From positions 21,754-85,753 of the forward strand of contig JANPPN010000029.1 of the NCBI GenBank assembly GCA_031428535.1: 64,000 bases of DNA, given 5' to 3'. This DNA is from Bdellovibrio sp. (GTDB lineage: Bacteria > Bdellovibrionota > Bdellovibrionia > Bdellovibrionales > Bdellovibrionaceae). A model generated the notes under the pieces. It worked only from the letters and a program-made list of their open reading frames with translations, searched no databases and was not told where the DNA came from. The translations under genes and the position numbers were made by a program. This document shows positions 55,652-64,000 of the stretch, one piece after another. Each line of letters begins with the position of its first letter. The stretch's first letter is position 1.

Positions 55652-56452
55652 TTAGGTACGGCGTACATTTTCGATTTCGCGGGTGCTGAGGATGAAGGTT
55701 TCTTTGTTGGCCAGAATGTGAAGATGCAGTCCATGCACCGACATTGTTTCATTGGCGGTGGCTTCCGAAACGTTGGTGTTACTGACAAATCTGCCGTCAA
55801 CCACATAGGCCGCGTTGGCACCGATAACTTTAAAGCTGTCGTCTTTCACAACGATTGCGGTGTCTTCATCAATTCCGATTCCCAGAATTCCGGGATTCTG
55901 CGCAACGGCGCCCAAAAGCCTGCCGATGCGGCCCCGCTGTGCGAAGTGCTGATCTACAATCATGTCTTCCACGAAACCCAGCCCGGGCGCCATGTGCCAG
56001 TCGCCGACTTTATGAACTTCTTCGCGGGGGTTGCCAACTAACATTGTATTTCCCATGATTGCGGCGCCTGCCGATGTGCCGGCAATCAGGCCACCCTTTT
56101 TGTAGATGTCCATTATTTTTTCGATCACCGGCGTGCCGCCAATTTTCGAAGTGACTTTCAATTGATCGCCGCCCGAAAAGAAAACAGTATGAACATCATC
56201 AAAAATTTTAATAATTTCCGGATCACGGGCCTGCTGGTGTTCTTCGATTGAAAAATGGCGGATATCTTTTATCCCGAGGCGACTGAATATTTTTTTATAG
56301 ATGGCCCAGAGTTCCTCAGGGTGATTACTCGCAATGGTGACGATGACCATTTTACCTTTGTGTGTGCGCCGAGCTACCTCTTTCAAAATCTCCATTTCAT
56401 TTTTTTTATCTTCGCTGCCGCCAATAATGATGAGTGTACCCCGATTTTTCAT
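55652..56452 (-). CDS. cphB: Cyanophycinase
   Basis: IIIGGSEDK, FSGGDQ, AGTSAGA, VDQHFAQRGRIGRL, GIDEDT; abuts cphA. Confidence 0.93.
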   Translation of the reverse strand: MKNRGTLIIIGGSEDKKNEMEILKEVARRTHKGKMVIVTIASNHPEELWAIYKKIFSRLGIKDIRHFSIEEHQQARDPEIIKIFDDVHTVFFSGGDQLKVTSKIGGTPVIEKIMDIYKKGGLIAGTSAGAAIMGNTMLVGNPREEVHKVGDWHMAPGLGFVEDMIVDQHFAQRGRIGRLLGAVAQNPGILGIGIDEDTAIVVKDDSFKVIGANAAYVVDGRFVSNTNVSEATANETMSVHGLHLHILANKETFILSTREIENVRRT

Positions 56453-59137
56453 TTAAACTCTGTTTTCCTGATACTCAGCTGCAACAGACCGTGGCCACAG
56501 CTCCTCATCTTCAAGTTTCGGAATCGCATCCACCGGCACGGCATCGAATTCTGCCAGCACCGGCAAGAGGTCAATATACTTTTCATAAAAGAAGACGACG
56601 ATCTCGGGCTCTTCAAGCTCGTGCAGCGCTTCTCTCAGAGCGTCGGCTTCATTCAGAACAATTTTTACCTGAGCCAATGGGTTATTCCGCAAAAGATTCC
56701 GGTGTAACATTCGAGGCACCTCTCCGGTCGCGCGGCCACGAAGATCGCAATCTTCTTTTATCAGGAAGTTGTCAAAATGCTTAATCAGGATGTCGGTGGC
56801 ATCTTCGATTAAATCATCGCGGCGGTCGCCTGGCATTCCAACCGCCACAGTTTTTTTATAGCCGTCAAACTGATCGAGCATACGACCGATGGCAAGAAAC
56901 GCATCGCAATTATGCCCGTAGTCCAGAATGAGATACGACGCACCAATCCGAAAAATATTAAAACGTCCAACATTTTCATTAACTGACCTGAATTCCTGCA
57001 GACTTTTTACAATCTGATTTTTGGTTGCACCCAAGGCAAGTGCTGCAGCAGTTCCCGCCATTAAGTTTAAAATTTGAAATTCGGCGGCACCATTTGCTGT
57101 CATCGGGATTTCCGAAACTTTCAGTTTTTCAACTTTGCCTCTGAAGTGAATCCAAATCCAGCCGTTTTTGTACCAGCAGCCATCTCCGGCTGCCGCCAAA
57201 TGTTTTTTCAGATGCCGATTTCGCTCATTCATCGAGAACAGAAAAAAATTAAGTTCTTGCGCGATGATTTTTGGGCGCCCGCGCATTGCCAGCACACGGC
57301 CATCATCCGCATTTAAAACCAGAGTTCCATTTTTCTTTACGCGTTCACCAACCAGTGATTTAATCCAAACCAAGTCTTCGAGGTCTTCGATTCCGTCTTG
57401 TCCGAAATGATCACGCTGAATATTCGTGATGACGCCAACATCAGCCCAGTCGTAAGATAGACCTCCGCGCAGCAATCCGCCTCTGGCCACTTCAAGAACG
57501 GCCATTTTTACTTTGGGGTCTGAAAGCACTAACCGACTTGACTGCGGCCCGGTGGTGTCGCCTTCAAATACTTTGTCATCTCCGATCCAGATACCATCGG
57601 TTGTTGTCAGTCCGACCCCGTCTCCAATCTGGTCTGAAAAAATCTTATGTAACATTCTTACTACTGTCGTTTTTCCGTTCGTACCGGTAACGGCAACGAT
57701 CGGTATTGTGCTCGCGCCATCGGGATAAAGCATATCAAGAATAATTCCGCCGATGTCGCGGCTGTTGCCATTTGCGCTTGGTGCGTGCATGCGCAGACCG
57801 GGTCCCGCATTCACTTCGATAATCCGGGTCAGATTGTCGGGAGGCTTTGAAATATCTGCATGAATAAGATCAATTCCGCAAATATCAAGCCCCATCACGC
57901 GGGCGGCGCGCTCGCACAGTAATTTAATTTGTGGATGCAGCTCGCCGGTTACGTCTATTGCGGTGCCGCCACTTGATAAATTCGCATTCTCGCGCAACAC
58001 CACAAGCTCATTTAGTTCCGGTATATACTGCAAATCAGTTATGCCGGCCTTCAAAAGAGTCCGCTGTACAGTTTCATCAACTTCAATTTTTGTCAGAAGA
58101 CCGGAATGGCCGGTTTCCCGGCGGGGGTCTGAATTAATCTCGTCGATCAGTTCTGCCAGATTTCTTTTTCCATCACCCAATACCGACGGGGGCAGTCGTT
58201 GAGCAACGGCGATGATCTTGCCGTTTACCGCAAGCACCCGATAATCTTTGCCGTTACACATTTCCTCTATAATTACTTTCTCTGAAATGGCTTTCGCACT
58301 CTGGTAGGCAGCAATTAATTCATCTGTCGCGCTCAGGTTAAGCAAGACACCTCTCCCATGATTGCCATCGAGCGGCTTAACTACAAAAGGTGGCGATAGG
58401 GCAGCAACGGCTTCGGCCAGACCCTCTACTGAATCTACAACTCTGCCGTTCGGCACCGGAAAAAAATTTTCGCGAAGTAATCTTTTTGTAACGTCTTTAT
58501 CCTGTGCAAGTTCAGTTGCAATCAGGCCGGTGTACGTCGTTACTGCAGACTGAACGTGCCGGGAGTTGATGCCATAACCCAGGTGCAACAAACTGTTTTC
58601 ATTTAACAATCGACGACAAGGAATATTTTTTCGGAGTGCGGCCTCCATCAAAATCCGACCGCTTGTTCCCAATGATGTTTCCGCGATAATTTTTTTTATT
58701 TTTTCTAAATCGACTTCAGGTTTTTTTTCCTGAATTATAGCTTCTACCACTGCCACGGCCTGCTTGAGGCACTCTTTCATGCCGTCTTCATTCTTGAATG
58801 TTGTGACAACTTCGTAAAATCCCGGACGTCCTGCATAGCGGCTTTTTCCGAAGTGAACTCCGATGCCGCAAATTGCACTGAGCTCGATTGCAACATGCTC
58901 CACAACGTGGGCCATATAAGTGCCTTTTTTCAGTCGCAAAACAAAACCGCCGGCACTACCCAGCGAGCAAGTGTGTTCAACCAGCCCCGGAAAAGCTTCA
59001 AGCAAGCGCGGGATAAATCCCGGCAAGTCCGAGCTGGCCCTTTCAGTCAGATTTTCCAGGTCAAGACTCATTATTATTGTCGGGCTGGTATGAAAAACGT
59101 TAGGACCGTGATTTGTTCGAAAGGATAATATACGCAT
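56453..59137 (-). CDS. cphA: Cyanophycin synthetase (CphA1-type), 894 aa
   Basis: GPN start motif, Cx19HxxEH N-domain, ATP-grasp (VVKPLDGNHGRGV, ANLSSGG, EVNAGPG), Mur-ligase domain (VTGTNGKTT, LEVARGG, DYGHN); start moved to ATG 59137. Confidence 0.95.
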   Translation of the reverse strand: MRILSFRTNHGPNVFHTSPTIIMSLDLENLTERASSDLPGFIPRLLEAFPGLVEHTCSLGSAGGFVLRLKKGTYMAHVVEHVAIELSAICGIGVHFGKSRYAGRPGFYEVVTTFKNEDGMKECLKQAVAVVEAIIQEKKPEVDLEKIKKIIAETSLGTSGRILMEAALRKNIPCRRLLNENSLLHLGYGINSRHVQSAVTTYTGLIATELAQDKDVTKRLLRENFFPVPNGRVVDSVEGLAEAVAALSPPFVVKPLDGNHGRGVLLNLSATDELIAAYQSAKAISEKVIIEEMCNGKDYRVLAVNGKIIAVAQRLPPSVLGDGKRNLAELIDEINSDPRRETGHSGLLTKIEVDETVQRTLLKAGITDLQYIPELNELVVLRENANLSSGGTAIDVTGELHPQIKLLCERAARVMGLDICGIDLIHADISKPPDNLTRIIEVNAGPGLRMHAPSANGNSRDIGGIILDMLYPDGASTIPIVAVTGTNGKTTVVRMLHKIFSDQIGDGVGLTTTDGIWIGDDKVFEGDTTGPQSSRLVLSDPKVKMAVLEVARGGLLRGGLSYDWADVGVITNIQRDHFGQDGIEDLEDLVWIKSLVGERVKKNGTLVLNADDGRVLAMRGRPKIIAQELNFFLFSMNERNRHLKKHLAAAGDGCWYKNGWIWIHFRGKVEKLKVSEIPMTANGAAEFQILNLMAGTAAALALGATKNQIVKSLQEFRSVNENVGRFNIFRIGASYLILDYGHNCDAFLAIGRMLDQFDGYKKTVAVGMPGDRRDDLIEDATDILIKHFDNFLIKEDCDLRGRATGEVPRMLHRNLLRNNPLAQVKIVLNEADALREALHELEEPEIVVFFYEKYIDLLPVLAEFDAVPVDAIPKLEDEELWPRSVAAEYQENRV

Positions 59138-59152
59138 GATTGACGTTACAAT

Positions 59153-59168
59153 TGCAAACGTTGTACCT
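59153..59168 (-). promoter_or_regulatory. sigma54-type promoter upstream of cphA
   Basis: minus strand AGGTACAACGTTTGCA, 16 nt before ATG. Confidence 0.6.
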
Positions 59169-59196
59169 TTAAATAAAAAAAATGAGGAGTTTTTCA

Positions 59197-59592
59197 GTGA
59201 AAAAGTTAGCACCCAAAATCGCACGTTACGTTCTAGGATTGGCCTTTTTCGTTTTCGGCGGAGCCGGATTATTTAATTTATTTCCTGCGCCACCGGACAT
59301 GCCGGCTGCATTGTTGGCTTTTACGAACGCAATTACGGCAACGGGCTATTTTATTCCGGTGCTTAAACTCACCGAAACGCTATGTGGTTTATTATTGTTA
59401 ATCGGAATTGCCCCTGCATTGATGTTGATTATTCTGGCGCCGATTTCAATTCAGATTTTGTTAGTACATATTTTTTTGACTCCGGAGCTGCAGAATCTGA
59501 TTCTACCGGTAATTATCATTATAACGCATGTAACAGCTGCTCTGGGCTACTGGCATTTGTACCGTCCGTTATTTAATCGTAACAACAACTAA
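59197..59592 (+). CDS. DoxX-family membrane protein
   Basis: ARYVLGLAFFVFG, TGYFIPVLK, LAPI...H; RBS GAGGAG before GTG 59197. Confidence 0.75.
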   Translation: MKKLAPKIARYVLGLAFFVFGGAGLFNLFPAPPDMPAALLAFTNAITATGYFIPVLKLTETLCGLLLLIGIAPALMLIILAPISIQILLVHIFLTPELQNLILPVIIIITHVTAALGYWHLYRPLFNRNNN

Positions 59593-60383
59593 GGATTTTT
59601 ATACCAGCACGGTGGTCTTGCTCCGGTCAGTTCGGGGCATTCGTTAACGTTAACTTCGTTAAAATCAAATATTAATGGATTTTTCTGCCGGCAGAGTGCT
59701 CCTGCCAGTGCCGTATCTAGTCTGCATTGCCGCGCAGGATACTCGTCCAAGATTGTGACTTTTACAACTTCGGTTGAAGGTGTCTCAAAAGAAATATCAA
59801 AGTCTTTTGTTAGTTGGAGCATGTTGTAAGCACCCTCGGCCGTTCGTACACAAATTTCAATATCATCTTTGTTGTTTTTCCATGCTTGCGAACACAATTT
59901 TATAAGACGCCCAGAGAAATCAGAGAAATATATTTTTTGAAGACGATCATACTTTAGAAGCTTCCGCATACACTCACGGCCGGCGTAATAGTCGGCCTGC
60001 CCTTCGCTGCTCATAAAACTCAGACCATCCGGCGCAGTGGGGCCGCCCCACTCAAACGGAACATGTCTGCGGGGCGCACCACCGAGCAAGTGCCCCAACT
60101 CATGACAAAGCGTAAAGCGCAGCCCATCATCGGAAAGGCGCGGACTTTTTAAAAATGCTGCACTTACAGTAATCGACATTTCCTTACCGTTGCTATCGGC
60201 ACTGGCTTCCTCTGTTTCGCCGTCAGTTTTAATGTTTACAACAAGGCTTAGGCCCGAAGCCTTCAGAAGTTTCCCGTAAAAATTCTCAAAACAACTGAGG
60301 ATTTCCCGCTTTGAATCATGTTTGTTGCCACAGTAGCCGCTTTCGGCTTTCGCAGGGGCCGTCATTAAAAAAATAGTAGTCAA
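59589..60383 (-). CDS. Secreted HExxH zinc-metalloprotease-like protein; 5' end appears frameshifted
   Basis: LCHELGHLLGGAP, EGQADYYA, YPARQCRLDT, RPPCWY. Confidence 0.75.
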   Translation of the reverse strand: MTTIFLMTAPAKAESGYCGNKHDSKREILSCFENFYGKLLKASGLSLVVNIKTDGETEEASADSNGKEMSITVSAAFLKSPRLSDDGLRFTLCHELGHLLGGAPRRHVPFEWGGPTAPDGLSFMSSEGQADYYAGRECMRKLLKYDRLQKIYFSDFSGRLIKLCSQAWKNNKDDIEICVRTAEGAYNMLQLTKDFDISFETPSTEVVKVTILDEYPARQCRLDTALAGALCRQKNPLIFDFNEVNVNECPELTGARPPCWYKNP

Positions 60384-60435
60384 AATCGATAAGAAAAAAA
60401 TACAAACCTCACTCTATGCTAAAACTTTGCTAAAC

Positions 60436-60451
60436 TGCAAACGCGGCTCCA
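60436..60451 (-). promoter_or_regulatory. sigma54-type promoter upstream of HExxH protease
   Basis: minus strand TGGAGCCGCGTTTGCA. Confidence 0.55.
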
Positions 60452-60516
60452 ACTCTAAATGCCTTATTTTCTGTTAAATCGTCGAGGCTTTTTACAGAAA
60501 AATTTGCATGCTGTAG

Positions 60517-61551
60517 TTATTTCAATAAGAAGGTTAGATCGCCATATTCATGTGATCGGTAGTCTCCGGTTTCGTTCGCAATTTTTTGCAAAAGTTCGCG
60601 GCCGGATAAACCGCAGAAAGCCTGCATAAGGCCAGCGTGACTGGTGCCTTCCTCGTGCATACCGGTTATAAGCACATCGCAAATCTTAAGAGGTGTCGCC
60701 TTTCCCAGTCGTAGATTTGAACGCCCGGTTTTTGTGACATTCTCCGGATCTGCAAACGCCGTTTCTATTGCGCGAATTACAGTTGTTCCGAGCGCAATTA
60801 TCCGTCCTCCATATTGACCCGAGTTCCTGATAAGATTAATTGTTTCATCTGGAATTTCATAAAACTCATCCAGCGGAAACAATTTATCAAATTCTTCATC
60901 TCCGGTGCTGGAGAGACCTGCGCTATGCAAAAGTGGCGCAATTTTTACACCTCTCTTTTCCAGACTGAAAATAAATTCCCAGTTCAACGGTAGCGCGGCG
61001 CTCGGCGGCTCAACCGAGATCGGAATTCCTGCAAACAGTGTTTGTTGGTCCCAAACCTCTAATTCTTCCTTGAGGTAAGAATACTGAATCGGGCGGCCGC
61101 TTCTATACGCCGCCATTAAAAAATTTTCTGAGTGAAACTCTAGATCGAGAAGTCGCGGATACGACGGATTTACCTTTAAGACTGTTGCACTCAAATCCTG
61201 CTCTATTCTTATCACATCACCAGCCCTTAAAACCGGCGCTAACCCACGCAATTCGGTCGGTCGCTTCCAGTCGCCTTCACCGAAACTGACGGCTTTCCAG
61301 AAGCGCAGGTTCGAGAGATCATTTCCCTCAAAAGCAGCAAGCCGGATTTCGAGCGGTTCTGAACTTCGTTCAATGACGCCATTAAAGCTTGAGGGAAACG
61401 TGCCCGACCGATTAACAACCAGCACATCACCTTTTTTAAACAACGAACTCATTTTCTTTATATTCGTGTGCGAAACAGTGTTTCCGCAGTTTTGCACAAC
61501 CAGAACTTTCGTGCTTTCGTATTTCCGCTCAGACGTAACTGCCGGTTTCAT
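60517..61551 (-). CDS. QueA-like protein (S-adenosylmethionine:tRNA ribosyltransferase-isomerase family, divergent)
   Basis: GDVLVVN, GRPIQYSY, SVEPPSA, IIALGTTVIRAIE, LITGMHE, HEYGD; lacks canonical PLPPYI and TNFH. Confidence 0.8.
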   Translation of the reverse strand: MKPAVTSERKYESTKVLVVQNCGNTVSHTNIKKMSSLFKKGDVLVVNRSGTFPSSFNGVIERSSEPLEIRLAAFEGNDLSNLRFWKAVSFGEGDWKRPTELRGLAPVLRAGDVIRIEQDLSATVLKVNPSYPRLLDLEFHSENFLMAAYRSGRPIQYSYLKEELEVWDQQTLFAGIPISVEPPSAALPLNWEFIFSLEKRGVKIAPLLHSAGLSSTGDEEFDKLFPLDEFYEIPDETINLIRNSGQYGGRIIALGTTVIRAIETAFADPENVTKTGRSNLRLGKATPLKICDVLITGMHEEGTSHAGLMQAFCGLSGRELLQKIANETGDYRSHEYGDLTFLLK

Positions 61552-62252
61552 CTTAACCCCCTATGGGCCGCCGAATATTTTTCAGTCTCAAGCAAATGGA
61601 GCAGCCGCATGGCTGAATCCTCCGGAGTAAATAGACCCTCTGGGTTTGCATCAGGAACAGCAGTTCTATGCAATTCAGTGTTCATGTCACCGGGATCTAC
61701 CGCTAAAAATCTTACGCCGGTTTTTTCAAGTTCTGCCGCAAAGAGAGCCGTCAGGTGATCCAGCGCCGATTTTGAAATGCTATAAGCGCCCCAAGTCGGG
61801 TAATTCTGAATTGCAGCATCGCTCGAAATGTTGACAACCACACCGGTCCTTTTCAGAATCATCGACGGCAAAACCAGCTTTGTCAGGCGAAATGCGCCCA
61901 TCACATTCGTTTCTAGCGCGCGGCTAAAGTCTTCACAGTCGGTGTCTATAAGTAGGCGCAGGGGAACAGGCCCAAGCGAACTTGCGTTGTTAAATAGCAC
62001 GTCAATGTCGCCAAGTTTTTCGATCGCTTCAGAGTAAATTCTGTGAATGTCTTCCTTTACCGAAATATCTCCCTGAATTATTTTTATTTCAGGGTGTTCT
62101 TCTTTCAACGCCAGCAACTTGGCCTTGTCTCTACCAAGAACTGCAACGGCCGCGCCGGCGGCCACAAGCTGTTTTGCCAGCGCTCGGCCCAGGCCTGAAG
62201 TACCGCCGGTTATAAGTATTTTTATGTTTTTCCAGTATATTAATGTTTTCAT
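61548..62252 (-). CDS. Short-chain dehydrogenase/reductase
   Basis: ITGGTSGLG, NNASSLG, NISSDA, YSISK, VDPGDMNT; 4-nt overlap with queA-like gene. Confidence 0.92.
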   Translation of the reverse strand: MKTLIYWKNIKILITGGTSGLGRALAKQLVAAGAAVAVLGRDKAKLLALKEEHPEIKIIQGDISVKEDIHRIYSEAIEKLGDIDVLFNNASSLGPVPLRLLIDTDCEDFSRALETNVMGAFRLTKLVLPSMILKRTGVVVNISSDAAIQNYPTWGAYSISKSALDHLTALFAAELEKTGVRFLAVDPGDMNTELHRTAVPDANPEGLFTPEDSAMRLLHLLETEKYSAAHRGLR

Positions 62253-62360
62253 ATTAAGTTCCTTCACTTTCCTGTTGTCAGCTTAATACAGTTTGGCAGT
62301 TTACGGTCATTCATGCTAATATATTGCCAGTTTGACGAAGCATTAACGAAAGCAGGTCTC

Positions 62361-62927
62361 ATGAATGACATAAGTAAAATCTCCCGTTATCTCGCAGATA
62401 ACCTGATCGAGCTCCGCCACAAAAAGAATTTCAGCCAAAGTCAGTTAGCCAGCTTGGCTGAAATACCTCGCTCAACACTCACCAATTTAGAGTCGGGTTC
62501 GGGCAATCCGTCGCTGCAGAACCTCGCGAAAATTTCAACTGCGCTTCAGGTTGGGATCGAAGAACTGCTTTCGCGCCCACGAAACGAATGCGAACTTGTT
62601 CCCGCTGGCCAAGTTCCGCACGAAAGGCGCGCAAACGGCAGAGTTAAAGTTTTTAAGCTGGTACCGGATAAAGTAAAGGGCCTTGATGTTGACCGAATTG
62701 AAATCGAGCCCGGCGCAACTATGGGCGGGCACCCGCACCTAACCGGAGCCAAAGAATATTTTACGGTTTTGAACGGAGAAATTACGATTTCGGTTGCGGG
62801 GGAAAAATTCATAGTGAAGCGCGGCGATGTTTTTGCTTTTCCCGGTGATCAGTCCCACTCTTATCGAAATACCGGCAGCACTCAGGCTGCAGGCATCAGC
62901 ATCATCATTCCGGTTGCTATAACTTAA
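62361..62927 (+). CDS. XRE-family HTH plus cupin transcriptional regulator
   Basis: SQSQLASLAEIPRSTLTNLESGSGNPSL; cupin HPH...EY...HSYRN. Confidence 0.9.
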   Translation: MNDISKISRYLADNLIELRHKKNFSQSQLASLAEIPRSTLTNLESGSGNPSLQNLAKISTALQVGIEELLSRPRNECELVPAGQVPHERRANGRVKVFKLVPDKVKGLDVDRIEIEPGATMGGHPHLTGAKEYFTVLNGEITISVAGEKFIVKRGDVFAFPGDQSHSYRNTGSTQAAGISIIIPVAIT

Positions 62928-63292
62928 GATTTTGGCTCAAAAAGTTCGATCACATTACCGGAAGGATCTTCACAAAGAATCTGCGAGCCGCCCGGGCCTT
63001 CCACGATTTCGTTACGGAATTGCACGCCCTTTGCACGCATTGTCGAAACCATTTCGCTTAGATTATTCACTGTAAGTACAAAACGATTCCAACCACCCGG
63101 CGCAGGAATTCGTCCGTCAGGCACTGGTTGAGCTGCTGAGGAAACCGGGCCTGCCAACCAGAGTGTTAAATCCCCTTTGCTGACAATCGCCATAGCCGGA
63201 CCGAACTTCTGTTGCAGTTCAAATCCGAGAAGTTCCGAATAAAAATGAACCGAAGCATCAACATTGCTTACTAAATATCTAACTGAGGCCAT
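62924..63292 (-). CDS. VOC/glyoxalase family protein
   Basis: VRYLV, FYSELLGF, PGGWNRF, EDPSGNVIELFEP. Confidence 0.9.
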   Translation of the reverse strand: MASVRYLVSNVDASVHFYSELLGFELQQKFGPAMAIVSKGDLTLWLAGPVSSAAQPVPDGRIPAPGGWNRFVLTVNNLSEMVSTMRAKGVQFRNEIVEGPGGSQILCEDPSGNVIELFEPKS

Positions 63293-63307
63293 CTTCTCTC
63301 CTGTGAT

Positions 63308-64000
63308 TTACTTCGGTGCACAAATCTGATCTTTGCCGACGGTTTCACTTTCGATCTGACCAAAAAGCAATAACGGCGAGTTAAGTTTTAACTTGAAACT
63401 CGCAAGCTCTTCAGCTGAAAAAAGATCTTCTGCCAATTTCTTTCGGTCATTAACATTAAGAATTTTGCTGAACATGCTGAAGGCCCTGAATTTCATTTTT
63501 TCGATTTCTTGTTTATCGCCAACGCAATTGCGTGCAAAATTTACCAAGAAAATCATTTGCGTACCAAACGCACCTTTGTAAGTCTCATCGCATTGGCCAT
63601 CTGAAGTGCTGTCGCAAATTTCTTTGGATGGAGACGGTAAACTATCTGTACACGTATAATTTTCGGGATATTTTGAATGCGAACAACCGTCGGCGTGTCG
63701 GGCTTCATGAATAAGCGTTGCAATCCGCTCGGGCTGAGTGCCGGCAAAATAAAACGGTCCAAGCGTCAGAGTATCCGATTTTGTTTCACCGCCACAGGTG
63801 CGGGAAAAAACTTTAAGTTTTAGACCTCTGCCGAATTCGGCATCGGAGGTAACGCGCGAATCCGCCCGAACTTTAGTAATTCGCTGCCGAAACCATGAGT
63901 AATCCAAATTTTTGTTTTCATTCAGCTTAAACATCTCGTTAAACAACAGCGATGTGCTTTTAAACTCGCATGCCGATAACAGCTCGAGATCACGCTCGAC
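63308..64000 (-). CDS. Hypothetical HExxH (HEARH) Cys-rich protein, 5' end outside window
   Basis: Frame open to window edge; RIATLIHEARH, CD...GAF motifs. Confidence 0.7.
   Translation of the reverse strand, partial: VERDLELLSACEFKSTSLLFNEMFKLNENKNLDYSWFRQRITKVRADSRVTSDAEFGRGLKLKVFSRTCGGETKSDTLTLGPFYFAGTQPERIATLIHEARHADGCSHSKYPENYTCTDSLPSPSKEICDSTSDGQCDETYKGAFGTQMIFLVNFARNCVGDKQEIEKMKFRAFSMFSKILNVNDRKKLAEDLFSAEELASFKLKLNSPLLLFGQIESETVGKDQICAPK

Noticed and set aside
59138-59224. ORF-track N-terminal extension of cphA (923 aa)
   Set aside because: Overlaps the divergent DoxX gene and the promoter; homology begins at MRILSFRTNHGPN
1385-63762. Numerous 60-170 aa ORFs overlapping assigned genes on the opposite strand or in other frames
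   Set aside because: No motifs, no RBS, fully nested in well-supported CDS; treated as shadow ORFs

Overview
64-kb chromosomal window, most likely from a Bdellovibrionota (Bdellovibrio-like) bacterium. This is inferred from Glt gliding-motility homologues, an FQNC-type lipoprotein signal, many secreted hypothetical proteins and vWA/OmpA lipoprotein genes. No CRISPR array, rRNA, integrase or transposase was seen. It holds about 60 CDS, one tRNA-Arg(CCU), two toxin-antitoxin-like pairs and several decayed gene relics. Stress, redox and storage genes dominate: BON, GSP26-like, three CBS proteins, peroxiredoxin, two glutathione peroxidases, TrxC, DegP, Cfa, hemerythrin-like, ferritin-like and cyanophycin synthetase/cyanophycinase. 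Main observations: (1) 15-17 sigma54-type (-24/-12) promoters sit 16-67 nt upstream of these genes, suggesting an RpoN-driven stress/dormancy regulon. (2) A three-gene operon encodes a DUF2252-like kinase and a VTC-domain (polyphosphate polymerase/CYTH-like) protein that both carry export signals, next to a secreted membrane-segment protein sharing a C-K-x-L-F N-terminal tag; this may be an undescribed exported effector module. (3) A TA-like pair lies between a VIT1/CCC1 gene and a decayed copy of its 3' end. (4) A PHB-depolymerase-like pseudogene has been collapsed by deletions. Family assignments come from motif recognition by eye, not database searches.
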